NCBI GenBank assembly: GCA_041946805.1
Contig: JBHGBC010000099.1
Span: forward strand, 1-21,954
Direction of reading: 5' to 3'
DNA length: 21,954 bases
From: a bacterium
GTDB lineage: Bacteria > Hinthialibacterota > Hinthialibacteria > Hinthialibacterales > Hinthialibacteraceae
Shown: positions 16,358 to 21,954 of the stretch, piece after piece
How positions within the stretch are numbered: position 1 is the first letter of the stretch
How the letters are laid out: each line of letters opens with the position of its first letter
The notes under the pieces: generated by a model
Told to the model about the DNA's origin: nothing
The model's input: the letters and a program-made list of their open reading frames with translations, nothing else
Databases searched by the model: none
Translations under genes and position numbers: made by a program

Positions 16358-17797
16358 TTACGCGAACAGTTCCATGACCGGGTTGCCCTTGCCGTCCTCG
16401 GTCACGTAGAACGGGCGTTTCTCGATCTCATAGCTGAGCGTGGGAGGAATGCCCATCGCGTGGTAAATCGTGGCGTGCAGGTCGGGAATGGTGACGGGTT
16501 TTTCGAAAATCCGGCAGGGCCGTTCCTCCGCCGTCGAACCATATAGAAATCCTTTCTTGATTCCCCCTCCGAACATCAGGATGGAACCGGCGTCGGTGAA
16601 ATGCCGGTGCATCCCGTAATGTTTGAGTTCGGTGATCACATCGGGAATCTCCACCTGGTCCTTGACCTTTTTGTCCGGTTTGCCTTCCACCATCATGTCG
16701 CGGCTGAATTCGCTGGCGAGCACGATCAGCGTGCGGCCGAGCAGGCCCCGTTCTTCCAGGTCCAGCACCAGCTGGGCGATGGGCTCATCGACCTGGCGCT
16801 TGAGATCGGCGGCGCGCGTGTGGCCGTTTTCGTGCGTGTCCCACCCCATGAAGGGAATGTACTCGGTTGTGACCTCGATGAACCGCGCGCCCACTTCGGT
16901 CAACCGCCGCGCCAGCAAGCACCCCAATCCAAAACGGCCCGTGTTGTATTTCTGAAAACTTTCCTGGGGTTCCAGTGTCAAGTCAAATGCCTTGGCAGCC
17001 GGTGAACTGAGCAGCTGGTACGAATTCTCCAGGGACCGCATCAACGATTCCCGCTGATAATCGCTGCCGAACTCGCCGATGGGACTGGCCGCGACCATCT
17101 TCTTGAACATCGCGTAGCGGTTGGCGAACCGGCCGGGGCTCATCCCTTCCGGCGGCTGGATGGCGTCCATGGACCGCCCGGGATCAGGGATCATGAAGGG
17201 GCCGTATTCGCTGCCCAGAAAACCGGACTGGTGGAACGCCTTCAGTTCCTCGGCCTCGCCGTTGCCCTCGAAGCGCTGGCCGATGTCGATGAACGCGGGC
17301 ACGGCGGAATTTTTCGGTCCCAGGGTGCGGGCGATCACCGCGCCGATATGCGGGGCGGCCACGGATTGCGGGGGCGCATAGCCGGTATGCCAATGGTACT
17401 GGTGGCGGGAATGGAGGATGAATCCCAGATCGCCCGCCCGGAAGGTGCGGATCAACGTTCCCCGGTCCATGACGCCCGCAATGGCTTCCAGCCCTTGCGA
17501 GAGTTGGATGTCATCCACGACGGTATCGATGGCCGGAAATGTGCTGAGGACCTCGGACGGCTTGATCCCCGGTTCAAACGGCGTGTAGCGTTTGGGATCG
17601 AAAGTTTCCGTATGGGCCATGCCTCCCGCCATCCACAAGACGATCAGCGTGTCGGCGCGCGGCTCGATCTTTTCCGGCGCGCTTTCTTCGCCCCGGACGG
17701 CCCGGGGATATCCGGCCGCCAAGGCAGACAGGGTGGCCGCTCCCGCGGTCCGCAGGAATTCACGCCGGTTCCAGGAATAATTGGTTATGGCTTTCAT
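16358..17797 (-). CDS. DUF1501 domain protein with Tat signal
   Basis: NRREFL twin-arginine motif; LWMAGGMAHTETFDPK, FGLGCLLARRL, GWDTH, SEFSR, GGGIKKG, DLHATI. Start 17797 with RBS GAGGTG. Confidence 0.92.
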   Translation of the reverse strand: MKAITNYSWNRREFLRTAGAATLSALAAGYPRAVRGEESAPEKIEPRADTLIVLWMAGGMAHTETFDPKRYTPFEPGIKPSEVLSTFPAIDTVVDDIQLSQGLEAIAGVMDRGTLIRTFRAGDLGFILHSRHQYHWHTGYAPPQSVAAPHIGAVIARTLGPKNSAVPAFIDIGQRFEGNGEAEELKAFHQSGFLGSEYGPFMIPDPGRSMDAIQPPEGMSPGRFANRYAMFKKMVAASPIGEFGSDYQRESLMRSLENSYQLLSSPAAKAFDLTLEPQESFQKYNTGRFGLGCLLARRLTEVGARFIEVTTEYIPFMGWDTHENGHTRAADLKRQVDEPIAQLVLDLEERGLLGRTLIVLASEFSRDMMVEGKPDKKVKDQVEIPDVITELKHYGMHRHFTDAGSILMFGGGIKKGFLYGSTAEERPCRIFEKPVTIPDLHATIYHAMGIPPTLSYEIEKRPFYVTEDGKGNPVMELFA

Positions 17798-17820
17798 GAT
17801 TCCACCTCGATCCATAATTG

Positions 17821-20232
17821 TTAATAGATTAATTGAAATTCCGGTTTCATGGCGATGATCCACAACAGGTCTTCCACGCCTTCGGGATTGACCTCGCCGC
17901 CGAGAACTGCTTGCGCGACTTCCAACTCCGCCGGTGCGGGATCACGCCCCAGGGCTTTTTGGAAAATTCGGGAGACCAGGCGCGAGGGTGAATCGGATTC
18001 CTCCTTCAGCCAGTTGCGTGCGCCTTGCTTGAGGATTCGTTGCAGCGTATTGCCGTTGCTGAGTTCGAGTGCCTGGAGAGTGGTGGCCTGGGAATCGCGG
18101 CGGGTGACGACCTGCTCGCGGTTCGGGCGTCCCAACGCTTGCATCAAGGGATTGGAATCGGCCAGCGAAGCCCGGACGTTGTCTTCACCGGTTAGTACAT
18201 AAAATTTCGCGTCAAATGCGATTTGCAGATCTCCTGGTTTTTCCAGCAAGACCGCCACGCATTGGAACGACGTGTATCCCTCGGGAATTTCGAACGTAAG
18301 CGCCGATTGGCTGTGCGTCACCCAGCCCCGTGACAGGACTTCCTTGATATCGTCAGGCAGTTCAATGGAGGAGTTCAGCGTTTCGGGGAAAGCCGCGTCG
18401 GCCGTGACGGCGTTTTTCAGGGACAAGGTGGTCAGATCCACTTCTCCTTCGGGCCCGGTGAGTTTGGGATCTCCCCAGAGCACCTGGGCCGGCAAGCGGC
18501 CGTCCTGGTTGTCGGTGGAGACCAGACGGAGAATCGAGGCCCCGCTGATATCTACCTCTATGGCCACGGTGCCCGAGTGGATCCGGCCGCTGGCATAGCG
18601 CAGGAATTTGTGATCCAGAAAATGCTGGGGCGCCGGGCCGCGCCCTTCAGTTTGAAAGAAATAGTGCGGCGCGGGCGGCCAGGTCCCGGTGAGGGTGGAA
18701 ACGGCGTCGGAGAACTGCTCGGCGGTCATGCGGCGGACGATCGGCCCTTGGAACACGAAGGATTTGTCATTGGCATCAAAATCCACGGCGTGGAGCTGAT
18801 ACGCCTTGGAGGTGAGGATCAAACGGATGGCGCGCTTGACATCAAAGTCGTTCTTCGCGAAATCGTAGGCGAGCCATTCCAGCAGCTCCGCGCTCCAGGG
18901 CGGGGCGTCCATGTCGTCGACCGGTTCCACGATCCCCCGGCCGAAAAACTGCGCCCACAGCCGGTTGACGAAAGTCCGGGCGAAGCGGCCGTTTTCCTTG
19001 CGGGTGAAGATATAGGCGAGTTGTTTTCGGCGTTCGGGAAGAGTTGAGTTCGGATCGATTTCTCCCAATTCGGGATACAAAAACTTCACCGGCGCGGTGA
19101 TGCCCTGGGGTACATCGCAGCGGACCATTTCGAGCGGTTTTTCGGAGAAGACGCCCGCCAGGCCGTAGGCGTCTTTGAGTTTCCAATTGTTGATGAAACT
19201 GTCATGGCAAGAGGCGCATTTCAGGTTGATGCCCATGAACGCCTGCGAGAGGTTCTGGGCTGCTTGCATTTCTGGGGTCTGGCTGGCGTTCACCACCCCC
19301 CGCCAGATGATCCCCTTGATAAAACCTTCCGAACCGCTGACGGGATCGATCAGTTCGGCCACCATGACGTCGTATGGTTTGTTTTCTTCCAGAGACCGGT
19401 ACAGCCACTGCGAGATCTGTTGGCGGCCGCCGTCGATGAATCCCGTGCCGCGGTTTTCATTGCGCAGCAGGTCGTTCCAGAAGGTCATCCAATGCTCGGC
19501 ATAACGCCGGTTGTCGAGGAGCAGCTTCCGCACCAGACGTTCGCGCTTGTCCGGCCGGTGATCGTTCAAAAAATTGGCCAACTCCTCAGGGTCGGGAAGT
19601 AGGCCGATCACGTCCAGGTACACCCGCCGGGCGAAGATCCGGTCGTCCACCACCGTACCGGTGTCGATTTGATGCTTCTGATAATAATCCCGCAATAACC
19701 AATCGATGGGATTCGAAAACTCCGCCTCGGACCGGGGATCGGGCAAGCGGGGTGGGTGGAGCGTGAGTTTGGAAGTTCCCGCGGCCGCATTGGCGCCCAG
19801 GACCAAGCCTTCCTCCCAGGCCGCGCCCTGGTCGATCCAGGCACGGAGAACACTGATTTCCTCCGGGGTTAACTTGTCACCGGATAACGGCATGAACTTA
19901 TCGGTCACCAATCCGGAAACGAGGTGAATGAGCAGGCTTTGGCGGCTGTCGCCCGGAACCACCGCCGGGCCGGATGTTCCTCCCTGCAGAACCCCTTCCC
20001 TCGAGGAGATGACAAAATTGCCCATCTTCAGGTTCTCGCCGTGGCATTGCAGGCAACTGCGCTCCAGGATGGGCTTGACGTCTTGTTGAAATCCGATGGC
20101 GCGGGTGGCAGCCGGGGGCAATTGATCCAGGGGCAGGTTGGAATCCCCCGCGAAAAGCGCACAAGGGAAGAGGGATAGGATGAGATTCAGGATAAGAAAT
20201 GGTTGGATCGCGGTGTGAGAACGTCTGGTCAT
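17821..20232 (-). CDS. Planctomycete-type cytochrome c (PSCyt1) + DUF1549 + DUF1553 protein
   Basis: F.QDVKPILERSCLQCHG, WIDQGA, NPID, RRVYLDVIGLLP, LKCASCHD, RTFVNRLW..FFGRGIVEPVDD, RRMTAEQFSD, QALELSN. Two CxxCH motifs. Confidence 0.92.
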   Translation of the reverse strand: MTRRSHTAIQPFLILNLILSLFPCALFAGDSNLPLDQLPPAATRAIGFQQDVKPILERSCLQCHGENLKMGNFVISSREGVLQGGTSGPAVVPGDSRQSLLIHLVSGLVTDKFMPLSGDKLTPEEISVLRAWIDQGAAWEEGLVLGANAAAGTSKLTLHPPRLPDPRSEAEFSNPIDWLLRDYYQKHQIDTGTVVDDRIFARRVYLDVIGLLPDPEELANFLNDHRPDKRERLVRKLLLDNRRYAEHWMTFWNDLLRNENRGTGFIDGGRQQISQWLYRSLEENKPYDVMVAELIDPVSGSEGFIKGIIWRGVVNASQTPEMQAAQNLSQAFMGINLKCASCHDSFINNWKLKDAYGLAGVFSEKPLEMVRCDVPQGITAPVKFLYPELGEIDPNSTLPERRKQLAYIFTRKENGRFARTFVNRLWAQFFGRGIVEPVDDMDAPPWSAELLEWLAYDFAKNDFDVKRAIRLILTSKAYQLHAVDFDANDKSFVFQGPIVRRMTAEQFSDAVSTLTGTWPPAPHYFFQTEGRGPAPQHFLDHKFLRYASGRIHSGTVAIEVDISGASILRLVSTDNQDGRLPAQVLWGDPKLTGPEGEVDLTTLSLKNAVTADAAFPETLNSSIELPDDIKEVLSRGWVTHSQSALTFEIPEGYTSFQCVAVLLEKPGDLQIAFDAKFYVLTGEDNVRASLADSNPLMQALGRPNREQVVTRRDSQATTLQALELSNGNTLQRILKQGARNWLKEESDSPSRLVSRIFQKALGRDPAPAELEVAQAVLGGEVNPEGVEDLLWIIAMKPEFQLIY

Positions 20233-20522
20233 GGGGGGATCTTCTCCTGGGTCCCAAGGGTCATGAATCGAATGAACGGAATTGTGTCGGACATTATATA
20301 CTCGATTTAATTTATAAATAAAGTCAAGTATGGGGAAATGTGTGATTAAATGATCCGATTTCGATCAATCAAACTATGGTTTTAAGGGGGCAACTTATTT
20401 CCAGCAGAATGAAACCCACTTCAAGAGAAACAGCATAAATTATTACGTCACAATGAGATAAGAGACATTTATTGCGCCGATGAGGAATCAAGCTTCGAAT
20501 TGAATCCTCTGAGGGATTGGAG

Positions 20523-20963
20523 TCAGGATGGGAGTTGAAGTGGTTCAGGGATTTCTTCCACATCTTCCGTGTGACAAAACACTTCTTCGTGGATGACGCG
20601 ATCGGTTATGGAATCGAGGTAAGATTCCAGAACGTTATCCAACTCGATAAATTCCGGCCATAGCACGTTATCGAGAAAAGAGCGGGGAACCATGATCATT
20701 ACGGTGGTATACTGTTGGCCCACATATCGATAAGGCTTCAAGGAATAACGGCGGCATAGCGCGACAAACAATCGATGTGACCAGCGGTTTTGCATATAAA
20801 ATTTCATTTCGGCCGGTTTTTCATTTTGGAATGTGGACTGCAACCGCCGTTTGATCCGTTCCAGCGCTTCTTCGGCGGCCAGTCGTTTGCCTTCGGTTCC
20901 CGCGCGGGCGAAGAGGGCTTCGATCTTCTGGGTTTTTTCGCGCAGTTCTTTTTCGTCCATCAT
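20523..20963 (-). CDS. Conserved hypothetical protein (DUF2786-like N-terminal helix)
   Basis: KIEALFARAGTEG.R.AA; WS.RLFVALCRRY.LKPYRY; LWPEF. Recognised as a widespread uncharacterised family. Lower GC than flanking genes. Confidence 0.65.
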   Translation of the reverse strand: MMDEKELREKTQKIEALFARAGTEGKRLAAEEALERIKRRLQSTFQNEKPAEMKFYMQNRWSHRLFVALCRRYSLKPYRYVGQQYTTVMIMVPRSFLDNVLWPEFIELDNVLESYLDSITDRVIHEEVFCHTEDVEEIPEPLQLPS

Positions 20964-21195
20964 GATAGGCCATGAATTCCCGGCTGCAGGGGTTTACGGA
21001 GAAGGATACGGGAAAAATCAGATAAACGGAACCATTTCGCGCGGAAAAAAATCGCCGAATGAATGAATCAAGGCCGGGGAACGAGTCCGGTGTTTCATTC
21101 TGGAGAGGGACGCGTTCCGATGATATGATGGTGTTGTGTCAGCTGATGGAATGCACCTGGATTTGAAAGAAACATGGGAGGAATGGTTCTAAACC

Positions 21196-21750
21196 ATGCC
21201 GATTTACGAATACGCATGCTCAGATTGCCGGACGGTGTTTCAATTCTGGACGCAGCGGATCGGGGAAACCAAGGTACCCGATTGTCCCCATTGTGGAAAA
21301 CCGGACCGGATGAAGAAACTGGTATCCGCTTTTGCGATCGGGAGGAAGCAGGCCTCATCGGGCCCGGGACCGGATGTCGAGCCGGATTTGGGACCGGGTG
21401 GCGGGCCGGACGCGGGCGGCGGGAATTTCGATCCCTTCGCCCAGATGAGCCCCGAGCAGCAGGCCCATGCCGAGCGGGAGATGATGCGCATGATGAGCGA
21501 GGCGGAGAGCCTGGATGAAAACGATCCCCGCCAGATGGGGGCCTTTATGCGCCGGTTGACGGAAAACACCGGCATGGACCTGGGGCCGGAGATGCGCGAG
21601 GCCATCCGGCGGCTGGAGAGCGGCGAGGATCCGGAAAAGGTCGAGGAGGAGATGGGGCATCTGTTCGGCGCTATGGAGGAAGGCCCCGGCGGCATGGGCA
21701 TGGGCGGCGGAGGAGGCTGGAACTACGACGACACGCTGTACGACATGTGA
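21196..21750 (+). CDS. FmdB-family zinc-ribbon regulatory protein with acidic/Gly-rich C-terminal extension
   Basis: MPIYEYACSDC...CPHCG...MKKLVSAF; C-terminal LDENDPRQM...RLESGEDPEKVEEEM. RBS GGAGG. Confidence 0.85.
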   Translation: MPIYEYACSDCRTVFQFWTQRIGETKVPDCPHCGKPDRMKKLVSAFAIGRKQASSGPGPDVEPDLGPGGGPDAGGGNFDPFAQMSPEQQAHAEREMMRMMSEAESLDENDPRQMGAFMRRLTENTGMDLGPEMREAIRRLESGEDPEKVEEEMGHLFGAMEEGPGGMGMGGGGGWNYDDTLYDM

Positions 21751-21861
21751 GGGATCTGGAGAACGATACAAAAAAGGCTTCATCCGGTAAGTGCGTACTT
21801 TTTATCAAGCGTGTCCGGCCGCTCTTCAATCGGGCTGGCTGGGGAGATCAACCCCCTAATC

Positions 21862-21894
21862 CCCTCTCCCTCGGGGAGAGGGCTAGGGTGAGGG
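21862..21894 (+). repeat. BoxC-like element, copy 6
   Basis: CCCTCTCCC-TCG-GGGAGAGGG-CTA-GGGTGAGGG. Confidence 0.9.
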
Positions 21895-21901
21895 TATTTT
21901 T

Positions 21902-21927
21902 GTAGGGGCGGACCTTGGTGTCCGCCC
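21902..21927 (+). repeat. GTAG-type REP
   Basis: GTAG-GGGCGGAC-CTTGGT-GTCCGCCC, perfect 8-bp stem. Confidence 0.75.
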
Positions 21928-21954
21928 GAATCATCGAGTGGATGGAATGCCTTT

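Noticed and set aside
20293..20327. sigma70 promoter for the PSCyt gene (minus strand TTGACT...TATAAT)
   Set aside because: Spacing between the hexamers is 23 bp, too long. A promoter is likely in this AT-rich area but cannot be pinned down.

Overview
GC-rich bacterial chromosomal window. The gene styles (prepilin family, LTD-CotH, PSCyt/DUF1501) suggest a PVC-adjacent candidate lineage such as Sumerlaeota or Hinthialibacter; this is inference only. Left to right: the N-terminal fragment of an IS4-type transposase at the left edge; a Maf/DUF115 glycosyltransferase; an sdpR-sdpI-like repressor/immunity pair with a clear sigma70 promoter and operator; a DUF3887-like exported protein; a co-oriented tailoring cluster (TPR-methyltransferase, GT2, FAD oxidoreductase, two cobalamin-binding-type radical SAM enzymes); then, mostly on the minus strand, a DinB-like protein, a pseudopilin, a secreted lamin-tail/CotH protein ending in a candidate C-terminal sorting motif (PVSVEDWAVY), a small DUF4032-like repeat protein (+), DUF1501 and a PSCyt/DUF1549/DUF1553 cytochrome, a conserved hypothetical, and an FmdB zinc-ribbon protein (+). 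The intergenic DNA is packed with several families of REP-like palindromes. One is a BoxC-like hairpin/G4/triplex element found at six loci, always on the same strand. No rRNA, tRNA or CRISPR array was seen. Family assignments come from motif recognition by eye; no database search was run.
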